Assembly (NCBI RefSeq): GCF_009914755.1
Contig: NC_060926.1
Direction: 5' to 3' (one strand)
Length of the DNA stretch: 64,000 nucleotides
Origin: the human T2T-CHM13v2.0 reference genome, Homo sapiens
Below are positions 41,261 to 54,763 of the stretch, one piece after another. The notes beneath the pieces were generated by a model. The model had not been told where the DNA came from. It was given only the letters and a program-made list of their open reading frames with translations, and did no database searches. Numbering within the stretch: position 1 is the stretch's first letter; each line of letters opens with the position of its first letter. The position numbers were made by a program, and so were the translations under genes.

Positions 41261-42300
41261 GCAGCATCCAAACCTTCACTCCTCGCTGGGGCGAGCAGAC
41301 CCCATCCTCCAGGCTTGGGTAGAGGAGAATCTCCATTGTGACTGTGCTCTTCACGGGCTGTGTCTATTCCTGATTTTAGACTTTCCAAACAGTTGTCCAA
41401 CCAAAGCTTCAAGCTAAAGACCTCAGTGCCTCCACATCAGGATGGATTGAAAGCTATGGACTCTGGTGTAACAGGAGCAGGGTCAAAAGCACAGTCTTTG
41501 CCTCATTGCACCAGAACTGCTGACAATCACAGAGCACTGGAAAGATCCTTCCTAACTGGCTCCCCAGCAATTCTACAACAATTTGTTTGTTGCCCTTAAA
41601 TGAGCCAATCATCCTCACAAACCAGGCTTCACATGGTCCCCAGCTAAAGAGCTCATAGTCATGTTCATGGCTGCTGACTACAGGCTGGTCTATTTCTAAA
41701 GCAGCTTGATTTCTAAACCACTCTGAATTAAATAAGACAAGTTTTAAAGAGGTCACTGTGGAATGTTCCATTATTAAAACGATAATATAAATTCTCTAAG
41801 AAACCCACTTGTGTGCCAAATTTACATCACATTATCAAAGATGTGCTTTGGATGAACATTGTTCTTGGGGTAGATTTCAGAGAAGAAAGAAAGTGACCAA
41901 AGGAAGCAACATCTACCCCGGCCTTTTTTTAGCTCCTAGGAAGTAAAAGTAAAAAAGCAACTTCAGCTATCAAATCCCTCTAATCACAGAGGGTCAGGTG
42001 GGGAGGTAAGGAGATATAAACAAAGTGAAAGAGCTGGTAGGGGAAGGGTGGACCTCAGCCCGATGAGCACCCCCAGGCACTGCAGCAGATGCATGTCTTT
42101 AAAAGGCCCCAGGGAAGTTAGATCACAAAAGCTCTGTGTGTAAGTGAAGCTGATTCATTATTCCTGTGTTTGGACAACTAGACCAGTACAATGCTGACCC
42201 CACCCACTGGACAGACACCATATCTATCCAACACTCACACAGCAGCCCTAGCAGGTGGGAAGTGCTGTCTCTGATTTTCACAGAAGGGCTTTAAGCAGTC

Positions 42301-42755
42301 TGATAGTTTGCATTATTGTTCTCAAATATTTACCTACTTTGCCCCCATCCAGCTCCTTGGGAGGAGTATATTTCCTCTCCACATTGATGTTGGGCTTGGC
42401 CGTGGGACATGCTTTGGCCAAGGGAAAGTGGGCAGATGTGAAATGAGCCTTCAATGCTTGAGCAGTCTGCTTGGCTCTTATGCACTGAGACCTGCCATTA
42501 GAAGAGCTTCCCCTGAGTGGCCACTGCCCTGAAGCCTGAACCTTAGAATAAAACACGCGTCGCAGACCTGAGTCTGATCAAAGCCCAGAGCCATGCCCAG
42601 CTGAACCACAGCGTGAAGCAGGGCTGCCCACTGAGTCCCAGGCTATCAGCTAAGCTGCACTCAACATGTAGATTCATGAGCATGAGGGAAATGATACTTG
42701 TAACAAACCACAGAAGTTTAACATGTTATCTCACACAGCAGTAGCAGTTATTACA
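42301..42755 (+). mobile_element. MLT1H/I-type MaLR LTR
   Basis: 'ttgatgttgggcttggccgtgggacatgctttggccaa...gtgggcagatgtga...aaaccacagaagttt'. Confidence 0.78.
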
Positions 42756-43701
42756 GAAAGGTTGTATAATTAACCAAAGTCAAGGAGAAGTCTGATTCTG
42801 AGCATTCAGATTTGCCTAGCTCCAAATCCCATGCTCTTTTAATTTTCCCATGTAGAACAAACAGGCTGGAGGTTACAAGTTTGGGGAACAGTCATCTCTA
42901 CCATGCAGCTGGGTACTGAAGTGTACAGGTAGTCTAAGGCAAAAGAGAAACATTGTACAGGAGATTATGCAGTAGAAGGGTTTGTTGATGAATCTCCCTA
43001 GATTTAGGTTTCCAGAGGATGTTCCACATGAACTTTTTGGCTCCTTCTGCCCAGTTAAATAATCACACCTATGCTAATTGATGTGTTTTATTCGTGAACC
43101 TAAAACATGTTGATAGGCAGTTATCTTTGTATTTAAACTTGGCTGAAATTTCTGTTTTCAACATTGTAGATAAAATCCACATGCCTCAGTGTAAAAATAG
43201 TAATATTTTACAGAAATAAGAAAATTACAAAAGGTGGTTCTCACATAAAAACTATCCATTCTCCTACTAGGAGTCCTGTTTGACCCATACCCTTTTCATC
43301 TCACCATGTGGAGAAAATGGTGTGGAGGAGGAATTTAGGACAAATAGAAGGACTGCTGAGAACTAGAGCACTTATTAAGCTGAGGTTCAGGGTTAATTTG
43401 CTTGTATCTACATTTCCATCCATTTACTGTGAACTTCTCTTTCTTATGCTCATGACGTACATTAAGGAAATATTTATGGTATTTCCATGGTAGAAAAACA
43501 GATGTCTCTTGATCTCTATTTTGATTTTTAAAATTCCATGGGACAATAAATGTTATGTGTACATATTTTTAGACATCTCATGAATTTCTACAAAGAGGTT
43601 TTCCCATCTGAAAAAGAAATTTAAAATTACTCCTGTGTTCCACAATCTCTAGATTTCTGTCATTAATTTGCAGTTCTTTGGGGGGTCTGGAGTGGAGTTG
43701 G

Positions 43702-43925
43702 AGTATTTATTAGTTATTCAAACATGACAGGCACTATGCTAAGTACTTTGTATACACACCCATGAGTCATGATAACAGCCCATAAGGTCTGTTGTATAAC
43801 CTGGATTTGCAGATGAGGCTCAGAGAAGTTGAGTTACTTTTTCAAAAATATCACCGATAAGAGGCAGAGCTCAGGATTGAACCCAATTATGTCTGGCTCC
43901 AAATTCCATGCATTTTCCACAACTG
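43702..43925 (-). mobile_element. MIR SINE
   Basis: 'caggcactatgctaagtacttt...gaggctcagagaagttgagttac...ggcagagctcaggattgaaccca'. Confidence 0.8.
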
Positions 43926-44461
43926 CAGACTGCCTCCTCCCATGCTATTTCCTCCTCATCAAGTCCAGGTGTCAGCAGAAATATTTCTAAGCCTCCAACA
44001 AGAAGAAGGGCCTTGTTTTCTGGGTTGGGGACAGGTTTATAAGGATAAGAAGGACCTCAGCACTTGGGTCCACTCTCCATCACTCATTCTGGACTTTATC
44101 CAGCTTGTCTCTGTCCTCTCTGTTTTTAAATTAGGGCTCTTTTACTATTTATTAACTTATCTAGTGGAGGGGTGTGTGAGACACTAACTCAATTTGCCTT
44201 TTAGTTAGAAATCAAACTAAACCTTTGGTTTTGGAGAGGGAAAGCAGATGGGTAAAGAAGTTAAGCAACAGCTCCTGGAGGTTGGAGGATTGATCTGTTC
44301 CTTCCAGGCTTGCTTTCGTTAAAAGAGTTACTCATAATTCAGCTGCATTATCACAGAGATGTGTTTTACAAATTAACCTTAACTGCTTTGACTTAGAGGA
44401 GGGAATCTGATTTTCTTAGAACACATTTTTCCCAACAGGGTCCCAGTGTCAATGGCAGCTA

Positions 44462-44472
44462 TGCTGAGTCAT
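44462..44472 (-). promoter_or_regulatory. Consensus ARE/MARE motif (ATGACTCAGCA on the minus strand)
   Basis: Exact TGCTGAGTCAT on the + strand. Motif match only; function unknown. Confidence 0.4.
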
Positions 44473-44648
44473 CAATGACTTGGTAAAGAATAACAATCAA
44501 ACCTAAAAATTAACATATGGGAAATTAACATTTTCTCTAACAACTTCAGGCACCACTTTTTGTTATTCATGTAATTATAATTTACAGTTGCTCAAGCCAA
44601 AAACCTGGGAATTATCCTTGGTTATTCTTTTCTCTCTATCCTTGATGT

Positions 44649-45985
44649 TGTCACAGGATCCTTAAGGTGTTGCTTTGCCAGCCAGAAACCTCTGTGGCTG
44701 GCGGCACCTTCTGCCTGAGTATTGCTCATGCCCACTGGGCTTGTTACTGCCCACTCAGCCTGGCAGGCTGCACTTGGCCCAAGCTACTGGCCCAGATTCC
44801 ACACCTGCCTAGGGCAAGCCAGGCACAGAGTGGCAAAGGGTGTGTGAGCAAACATGGGGTCCAGCCACTGCACACAGCCAGGCACACTGGCTGCTGTGAC
44901 AGGGTGCATAGTGACAGCACAGGTGTCAGCTCCATGTGAGGCTGCAGCTGGACCGGATATACTGTATGTGGCTTCTGCTGTGAGCAGCTGCATCTAGACA
45001 AGGGGAACATGGTGGTGCCTGGAAGCTTGGAGATGCCAGGAACTGCAGAGCCCCAAAGAGGGTGTCACAGCCCTGGCATGGGGAGCCCCTAGGTCTGGGA
45101 TCCCCGAAGGGTTCTAGCTCTCCTCTCATCACCTGCTCAATGTGGCAAGCAGGGCGGGGGGGTGTTTCAGCCCTGTTTGTGTTACAGCTCTTTCAGTCCT
45201 GCCATCTGGTGGGTTCCAAGTTCTTGCCCCATGTCCAGGAAGAATAAGGTACATGGAAAACTGGAGGGTGAGCAAGGTGGAGAGGAGCTTCATTGTGTGA
45301 CAGAACAGCTCTCAGGAGACCCGAAGTGGGTAGCTCTTTTCTGCAGGCAGGTCCTCCTGATGAGTGTCCAGCTCTCAACAGAGAGGAGACTCACAGTAGG
45401 TAGCTCCTTTCCACAGCTGGTAGTCCTGACCTCTGTTCTAGTCTGGCTGAGTTCATGGTTTTTACAGGCTCAGAAGGGAGGAAATGCATGCTGATTGGTC
45501 CATGGGTGGCTAGGGGTAGGCCTGGAAAAAGCACCATCAGTTCTCACTCCTGTCTGCAGACTCTACCTGGAACTGACAGCCCGGCCTCCATGCTTCAGGC
45601 CATCCCTGGTTTGAAGGTGGGGCTTCACCAGGAACCAGCCCCTTTCCACCAAGGAGCCTGTCTGCCTCTTGCCGCCATCAATCATGTTGTCCACAGTGCC
45701 CAGAGTGTTCGTGCCAAGGGCACCTGCAGACCCATGTCTAGCCACCTTGGTGCCCCCTAGGCCTCTCTCCCATGCTCATTGGTGCCCAAAGTCCGGAGAA
45801 GGCCGAGGTGGCAGGGGTCTGGTGTGTCAGCACTGCCCTGAGCATGTGCACACCTGGCCAGGTTGTGACAATGCCCCGGCTTGGCCACAACTTTGCTTGC
45901 CAGGTGCCGGGAGTGGTGAGAGGCCAGGCAGTGAGAGCAGGCACTTCTGAGCCTATGAGAGGAGGGCTTCCTGGGCCCCTGAGAG
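44649..45985 (-). mobile_element. MER52A-like LTR (ERV1), one end missing, inserted in an L2
   Basis: Starts 'tgtcacaggatccttaaggtgttgctttgccagccagaaacctctgtggc'. L2 sense fragments on both sides (44585-44645 and 46075-46185). Confidence 0.82.
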
Positions 45986-46989
45986 CAAGACAAGAGAGTT
46001 CCAAAGGAGCTGTGTGACTTTTGACAAAGACATGCTGAAATTTACTGACCCACCATGCTGTCTTTTACTATGGTTTTTTCTGACTAGAATATAAGCTCGA
46101 TAATGGTAGGACTCTGGTTGTGGCCGTTGTTTCCCCAGCATCTAGAACGACATCTGGCATATAATAGGTATTTCAAAAATGTTGGGGGACATTGGAAAAA
46201 AGTCACAAATACCAAAGCCCGCCACTGTCTTAAGTCTCCAAGGATTTAGAGGGAAGTCCGAGAGCATTCACCAACCAAACACTGCTGGCCGGGAGGCCTG
46301 TGCTACTGGAGCAAGAGTCACCCTGGAGCTAGGATGCTGAACACCTGGCTCTCTGCATCCCACTGCCCGCTACACCATCCACGCTGTCTTTCACCTGAGC
46401 CCAGAGCAGCTTCAGAATCTGAAGCAGACACCGTGTGCGCCTCACCCAGGTCCCCTCAGAAGCCCCTTTTTCCAGGTGATGTTTCCAGGGTCCTGGTCCC
46501 AGTTTTGCCTCCCTTGTTAGCACTGGCTTCTGCTCACTGGTCATTGGGAAGCTTCACCTCCAAGCTGTGGTGGCACCTGGAGACATAATAAGAGGGAAGG
46601 GGGAAGGGAAGCAGGGATTGAACCTGCCTTCCTCCTTGTTAGTGACTTTCCTTTTTTCTCTTTTCACAAATACAAATGTGCGGGTAGGACTCAGGGTGAG
46701 AAAACTCAGAGGACTGAGCTGACTCCACAGGGACCCTGAGGCATTCCTCGGCCGTCTTTACAGAGGAGCTGGGCCCCTGTCTCCCTCCCTCCAGGAGGAC
46801 ACGCACCACCAGTGAGGCAGCTGGGCTCTGGGAGTGCCCTAGGAGGACCAGTCCGGCTGGCTGGAGAGGAAATATTGCCCTTCGAGGGTGATTGTTAAAG
46901 TTTCTAGAAGTTCAATGGCCTGCACAGGCCTCCCAAGGCTGGTATACTCAGGCTTATTTCGCTGAGGGAAATAAAATTACCCTTTAAAC

Positions 46990-47465
46990 ACAACCACAAC
47001 ATTTCCATTTCTTGCTCTAAACTGAGTTGGCCAAGCCTGAACTCTACTTTCAAGCATTTAACTCTTTAGTGGAAAAAAAAAAGTCATCTGAAAACATTCA
47101 TGCACGTGCCCGGCTCTGGCTCTGAGCCGTGGGTACTGTCTTGGAACTGTGGGAAATAGCATGTGGTGGTACCCTGTCTGGCCGGCCCTTCTGGGGGTGG
47201 GGTAGGGGAGAACCCATAACCAAGAAGCTGTGGGTGGATAGCAGGAGGCCCTGAGGGTGAGTCACCCGGTTTGCTGCCTTGCGGTCACAGACCTTTGGCT
47301 ATTGTCACTGCCCCTGGGATGAGTCACACTGAGCCTTAGTGCCTCTGGGGCTCTGCGGAGCTGAATTTCTCCCAGTCCACAGGGTCCGGACATTTGTTCC
47401 TAATCTTTCACCCACCTCCCACTCTGTAAGTGACTGGAACTTCCCACTGGGGGTGCAACCACAAG
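46990..47465. promoter_or_regulatory. Candidate enhancer (AP-1 x2, RUNX x4, E-box)
   Basis: TGAGTCA at 47258 and 47320. AACCACA at 46992 and 47457, TGTGGT at 47162, TGCGGT at 47280. CACGTG at 47103. All in non-repeat DNA. Confidence 0.4.
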
Positions 47466-49254
47466 CTAAGGACTGCTGACCTAAGGAAGAACTATTTTTG
47501 CTTTTGAAGACTTCAACATAGAGAATGGAAGTGTTTATGTTGTTGGCATTTGAATTAAGAGCTGAGCAGCCTTCTGCGGACATTATGGGTATTCCATTAT
47601 CTCTGGGAATCAAAGGATATTTCCTCAGCTCCTTTGCCAAAGGCTTCCAGGCAATTCAACACCAGAGAACGAAGGGACAAAGAGCAGTTGCCCAAGTTCC
47701 AAGGAAGGGGGAAAGCGAATGGGCAGTGAGCTCAGATGGCTTTGCTTTCAGGCAAGGAAAAGCAATCTTCCATGAGTCTGCGATGATAGCATTCCCCAGA
47801 CAGGGGACGTGGAGCGGTGACCTGTGGCTCGCAAGCCTCAGACAGGAAGCTCACACTTACAGACCCATCAGCCCTGTCCCATTCCATTTCTCAGGGTCCA
47901 CACCTTGCCCACATCTAAGATACCCAAAGGTCAGTGACGCCCTTTCCATGGGTTGCCTGAAACTCTCAGCTGGGTCTTAACCCTCACCGTGCTGTTGGGA
48001 CGAAGAAGCGTGGCTAACTGCATCTCACTGTACGAAGCCTGGGAGTTCAGAAAGCAGAGGCCAGCCCTCTTGTGGGCAGCACCAGGCAGGGGCATGTTTA
48101 GCAGCCTGTGGGGGGAATTCTAGCCCAGCCAGGTGGAATCTTGGGGAAGCAGGGTCCATAGAAGTCCTTGAGGGGTCAGTGAAAGTCTCCAATTCCTGAC
48201 TCCAAGGCATGAGACATGAGAGAGAAGGGAGAGAATTTTCTGGACAGAGCTGTAAATGAAGTGGCACCGGTAGCTTCCTCTCTCCACAAGGCCACCTCCC
48301 AGCCGTCACTCCTGCTGCTTGAAAGTCAATCCCTTGGCACTACCAGCTGCTTCTATCATCTGCAAATCACTTTACTGCTCCCATCTCACAAGAGCCGCTT
48401 TTCCCTTCTGCGTTTAGCCATTCAGCAGCTGCGTAAGCGCTCACAAGAGCTGTTAGTATCACCAGCTTCCTCTCAAGGGCAGACTGAGGCCAGGAGGCCA
48501 TGCAGCTTCCTAGAGTGCACCCATCTGGGTTGAGATGAAACCAGGATTTGGGCCATGGCAGTTGGATGCAGAGCCCATCACCAGGCTCCTGAGAATATCA
48601 GAGGGAGACCTGGATTGGGCTGGATCCCTTGAGGAGGGAGATTGTAATCCTGCTCCTGTTTTCTGTCTTTCTGTGACCTCTCAATTTCTGACACTGGCTT
48701 TTTCCCGTAGCATCCTCACCATCATTCGCTCAAATGCAAGTGAACTCCCCATGCTCCATGCTGGTACCTATCCTGTGTGATCCTCCTTAGCATCCTGCAG
48801 CTTCCATAACAAATTTCTCCACACTTGGTGGCTTAAAATGACACACGTTTATTCTCCTATCATAGTGGAGGCCAGAAGCCTATGATGAGGATCAGCAGGC
48901 TAAACCCAAGGTGTTAGAATTGTTCTCCCCAGGAGGGTCACGGGAAGGATTCCTCTCTGCCTCTGTCAGCTTCTGGTGACTTCAAGTGCTCCTTGGCTCA
49001 TGCCTGCATCACTCCAACCTCTGCCTCCATGCTCAGGTGGCCTTCTCCTCTCTCGTATCAAGTATCCCTGTGTCTCCCTCCTATAAGGATCCTTGTGTTT
49101 GCATTCAGACCCCACCTGGTGAGTCCAGGATAATCCCCCCATCTCAAGATGCTTAATTTAATCACATCTGCAAAGAGCCTTATTTTGGGGGTGAGGGGAA
49201 GCACACAAAGTAACATTCACAGGTTCCAGGGATTAGGATGTGGAATTTTGGGAG

Positions 49255-49257
<3 letters not shown>

Positions 49258-49338
<81 letters not shown>

Positions 49339-49375
49339 TGTATATATATGCATGTATATATATGTGTGTGATATA

Positions 49376-49420
<45 letters not shown>

Positions 49421-49433
49421 GTATATATATATA
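49258..49433 (+). repeat. Compound dinucleotide microsatellite (TC)n(TA)n then mixed (TG)/(TA)
   Basis: Read directly. Occupies the position of the Alu A-tail. Confidence 0.97.
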
Positions 49434-49896
<463 letters not shown>

Positions 49897-51216
49897 TAAC
49901 CCTGAGCCTTGATGTCGCAGTGACACTGGAGGACAGGTGGAAGGTGCTGCTCCGTGAGGAGGCACTGACTTCCCCCAGGGAAGTTTGGGTCAGGATCACA
50001 GGTGTATGGGGCATTCAGCCTCTTGGCTTGATCTGCAAAGTCGGTTTCCTTGCTTTGTTCTTTCATTTGTATCACAGATCTCCTCCGGGGATGGGGGGGC
50101 TGGAACTGTCTGCAGGCTCTGTCGTGTCCTGGGCATCTCATGCATAATAATTTTCTTGCTCTCACCAAAAGTGGAGGGAGGGAGGCCCTCTCACCATTCA
50201 TGACACTCTTGATATAAGAAACAACAAAAGGCAGAGGGGAAGCAAAAGATCCCAGACAGCAATAAAAAGTAATTCATTCCCAGCATGGAGTCGGTGTGTC
50301 AGGAGGGAAGCATGAAGGAGTCATGTGCCGCAGTCCCTAGCCAGCCTGGACTTTCATGCACATGGTGAAGATGCATCTCTCTGGAGCGGTGGAGCCCTGG
50401 CCTGCGGCACCCAGCACAGGTGCTGTGAATGCGGGTCGGCTTTTGTAAGTGTTGGGTGACATCTGGACTTTTGGCTCTGTTGGCTCAGCCACATACCAGG
50501 AAATGAAGTATTCCTGCAAGGAAGGGGTTTGCGCCTGTGCACAGGGCGTGGGAGAGATCCTTGAGCTGCAGAGAAAGTCCTGCATTGTGAGACTTGCCAT
50601 TCTTTGTGGCTTCTGGGAGCTGTGCAGTAGGAAACTGCAGCTGTCTTGGATAGCGTTAGGAAATTATCCGAGTTTCTATGATGAAAGGAAGGCAAAAGAA
50701 GCCACTTATTACCCCACTGGTGTCATTAAGGGTGCCTTCTCTTTTCTTTAGCAAGAATCTAATGTTGCCTCTAAAGGAAATGGAAAATTCTCACCATGAA
50801 GCCTCGTTTCGATTACTCCTGTAATTTTGCATGAATGTGACCAAATGTTTTCTGTCAAACCTCACCTCCTGCTGGTTTCTAAATCCTAATTCATTGTGAA
50901 CAGAACCCACCATGAACTAGCTAGCTCCTCACTGGAAAAGTCACCAAACCCACAGTGCTGAAAAGGAGTCATTATCACGTACGCTTTTGATTCAGATGGG
51001 GCTTTGAGTGAAACATGCCCGTTCTCGAGTTGGCCTCTCTGCTTCCACATTTTTCTGAAACCAGCACTAAAACCCTTGTAATTCAAAGCTTTTTCTCTGC
51101 TTAGCAGTGTTGCCCGGAGACCCGAGGCTGTTCCCCATGGACTGGAAATGTGATTCTGCATCCTACTTTAAAAATCAAAGAGCACACAGGGAGGGTTTCC
51201 ATTCTTTCTGGGGGAA

Positions 51217-51249
51217 TTTTATTTTATTTTATTTTATTTTATTTTATTA
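51217..51249 (+). repeat. (TTTTA)n pentanucleotide repeat
   Basis: Read directly; about 6 units. Confidence 0.9.
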
Positions 51250-51985
51250 ATGATCCTAAAAAATCAAGATGAATCAAAGGGTTGAGTAACATATCAAATG
51301 TCTAGAGAACGGATTCTCCACCAGCCAGTGCCAGTTAGTGTTCACAGAGGCAATTGCACAGAGGAGGTAATTGGAAAAGGAAGGGGATGGCCCCTGGATT
51401 TGCCCAGCTTGATGGTTTCAGGATCGTCCTCAGGGGAAAGGCCTAGAGCGGTGACCAATTAATAAGCTTCAAACCCACTGGTGATTGAAACCAATCAGAA
51501 GCTGTTTTGATAATTGGTTGTACCAAAGGGAAGACACCCCTAATTCTGGGTGGAGAGGAAGAATGTTCCATGCTACTTTAGAATGAAATCTGTTTGAATT
51601 GGCTGAGCTTTCTGAGGTTGGCTAGACTTCACAACTCCAAAGGCTGGAACACAGGTGTCCTCATTGTTAAGAACTAGAGAGAACACCTAAGAGAATCATA
51701 AGCTTTGTAACAACACACAGGAGGCTGTGGTCCATGTACATGAATATCCGAATGAGAAATCTTCAGTCCATTCTCTTCTTCCCAGCAGGAAAGCCTCTTT
51801 CTTGGTTTCCTTCTAGAAAACTTGGGGAAGGCTCAGAAGGGCACCTTCAGTCGGAGGGTGGAGAACCAGGTCTGGGAGCCTTCTGCACTGACCTTTTGTC
51901 CCTTCTTCCGCTATCCTGCCACAGTGTCTCATGGCTGCTATGAACACCACTAGCTCCTCTGTAGCAGGTGGAGTCTCTGTGTAGA

Positions 51986-52151
51986 AACGGTTCTCACTTT
52001 GGGTTCCCCACTGGCGTCACTTGGAGAGTTTAAAAATGCTGATGCCTGGGCCCTGCCTGGGGATTCTGATTTGCTTGCTCTGGGGCATGACCAGGGTATG
52101 GTGTTTTTAAAGCTTCCCGTGCTTCAGTGGAGCCAGGGTCAAGAACCATTG
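51986..52151. mobile_element. MER5A hAT-Charlie MITE
   Basis: Terminal inverted motifs 'ggttctca...' and '...aagaaccattg', with internal 'gctgatgcctgggccc...gattctgattt'. Confidence 0.8.
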
Positions 52152-52514
52152 ATTCTGGGACTCTACCTATATAGCCTCCAAGTAGGGGTTTTTCCTATTA
52201 GAGATATTGTTTTATTTTACCTACCCCAATGAGGGCACACAGGATCTCCATGTCATCCTGGGAGCCACATCGTCAGCACGGCTGAACCCACCCAGGGGCC
52301 CCCCTGTTGCATGTGGGTGGGCACTGCTTGTTTCCCCACACTGAAAGAGAAAAGTTGCACTCTCCCAGTGTGATTGACAGGTGACAGGACCTGGCGTGTT
52401 GCTTCCTGAAAACAGGGAAGAAAAAAAGGGTAAGGAGTGGAATGGAATTACATGGTGCAGATAAACAAATGGAAAATGGCTCTGAAAACATCTTTTGTGG
52501 GGCATGAGGCGGAT

Positions 52515-52625
52515 ACATGTTAGGAAGCCCCTATTTAAGAAAACAGCATAAAATTAGGAATACAAAGTAGCAAGAGAGCCTTGGGAGGTCCATGGAGGGG
52601 GGCTCCTGAACCTTCAGCTTTGACC
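52515..52625 (+). mobile_element. MER115/Zaphod-like hAT-Tip100 terminal fragment
   Basis: 'tttaagaaaacagcataaaattaggaatacaaa...ccttgggaggtcc...cctgaaccttcagctt' resembles the recalled MER115 end. Confidence 0.5.
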
Positions 52626-54607
52626 AAATGAGCAGTGCAGCCGGGCGATGGGATGGCAGGCAGGCGATGCGCATGCTGATGTGGAGGCACACCTTGCACC
52701 TGGAGAGCTGTCTGCAGAATTTTCTACTGAATTGAAAGGGCTACAAAACAGCATGTCAAATCCTGTTTCTTTTTTGTCGAGAGTTGTACGCACACTCATA
52801 TTAAAGTCTACTTTTTATAGTCCAAGAGTACAATGGAATGATGGTTTCCTCTGAGCCTGGGAACTCAAGTGGAGGAACGAGGTTGCGAAATGGGCAGGGT
52901 CACTGCCAAACAGTGTCACTGTCACCGATTAGCTTCATGGTGTTGTGATTATGATGCATGAACCAGACCAGTGCTCACCATGTGGCTGGAGTCACCGGCC
53001 CCTCAGTCCAGATAAAACTGACATAAAAACCCACGCAAACTGATTGTGAAACTGCTCCTTATAAAGCTGCAAATAATCCCTCTTTTCTGGACTCTTTTTT
53101 GACACAAAAGGAGATGTTTCATCTACCCCATTGCATGCAACCAATATGTATTATTCCACTAACCATTCTAATAATGTATTGTCACAGGAGGCACCACGTG
53201 CACGCTCAGTTAGAGACACTCTTCATGAGACTGTGGAAGAGGAGGCAGGAGGAAGCAGAGATTTGGACAGCAGGGTTTCCCCCACTGCACTGACATTCCC
53301 AGGAAACACTTGGTTCAGGGGCTGCTGGTGCATTTTGGATTTTCACGGTACTACATGGAACAGATCTTATTTTCGACAGAATTCTTCCCTACCACACAGA
53401 CACACACTGCTTCATGTACAGTTTACTTTAATGTAGTTACAGCATTTCTTACATTGATTAAAACTTGTAGCAGAATTCTTTCCCAGGAAATATTGCAAAA
53501 TAAGTTCTGTAACTTGGAAAGAGCCCTCCCTTTCTAGTGTACTACATCAGCCTGTGAGTATCACGGACCAGATGAGAACCGTTGTGGCATCCTAACATGT
53601 CCTTTGGCGCAGTAACACTCAGCACAGAATTTGCGGTGACATGGACAGGAAGCAGTGCTCTGTTCCCTGACGTTGGAATATGCTTCAATGTAATGCATGG
53701 CTGCTTTCCATATTCAGAAAAATCCAAAGACTCTGCTCTAGTGGCTTTGGTTTTTATCCTTTGTGAGGATATAGACATGATTCACGGCAGAGAAACATCA
53801 CAGGCAGGTCTTATGAAAAAAAAATATCCCCCTGAAAGAAAGAGGAAATGATCTCTGAAAATTGCAAACATATGCCAACAAGGCCAATAAAATACGTGTA
53901 TGCACACAGCAGGGTTCTCCCCACCACAGACTCTGAAGGTCCCTGGTCCCCTTAGCCATCTCAGTAAGCATCAACATTGCCTTGCATCTTTGCAAACAAA
54001 TTGGAGATTGTTTTGCTTTTTAAAGTTGTATTCGCACTGCACATGGCTTTGATTAGTGGTCACACACATGCGCCAAACCTAATGTCATCTGCGGCTTTTG
54101 ATTGTATTTTCCCCTTTATGGGACTGGAAAAATCTTAGTCTCCAGCCTGGAGATGGTCTGTCTCTCGTTATTCTGGAGGCCCCGTGGCTGAGCTGGCAAG
54201 GAGGAGGGAAGGGAGCAGAGTCTTCCGCCTACAGGTTCCCAGGACGGTGGGCTGGCCCCAGCCCCAGCCTCTCTCGTGTCCCCATCTCCCCTAGTGAAGG
54301 CCCTCACCTGCCTCCTCCAGAGTGTTCTGTGCCCTTCACGCAGGAAACTCACGGACACCTCCCGTGGGAGCAATTGAGGAATCAGTGTACTCGAAGCATA
54401 GACAGCCCAGGAGGGACTGGGCCTAATGTGGGCGAGACACTCTAGGCAAAGGAAGGAATTCCTAAAGACGGATCATAGATGCCAGAATCGTTTGCCCCAA
54501 GGTTGGTGCTGACCTGGAGGGGATTTCTCAGTGCACCCCTCAGGAGAAACACGGAGCTGGATGGGGGCGCTCTTTGATGAGGCACACAGGAGAGTGAGCC
54601 TCAGGAA

Positions 54608-54763
54608 TTTTTTTTTTTTAATTTTTGTTTTAAGTTCTGGGGTACATGTGCAGGATGTGCAGGTTTGTTACACAGGTAAACGTGTGCCGTGGTGGTTTGC
54701 TGCGCCTATCAACCCATCACCTAGGTATTTAGCCCAGCATCCATTAGCTATTTTTCCTAATGC
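54608..54763 (-). mobile_element. Very short L1PA (PA10-like) 3' end insertion
   Basis: 'aagttctggggtacatgtgcaggatgtgcaggtttgtta...caacccatcacctagg'. TSD-like 'caggaa' at 54602 and 54764. Confidence 0.9.

Noticed and set aside
53582-53851. 89-aa ORF in unique sequence
   Set aside because: Non-ATG start, no recognised homology and no convincing exon boundaries.
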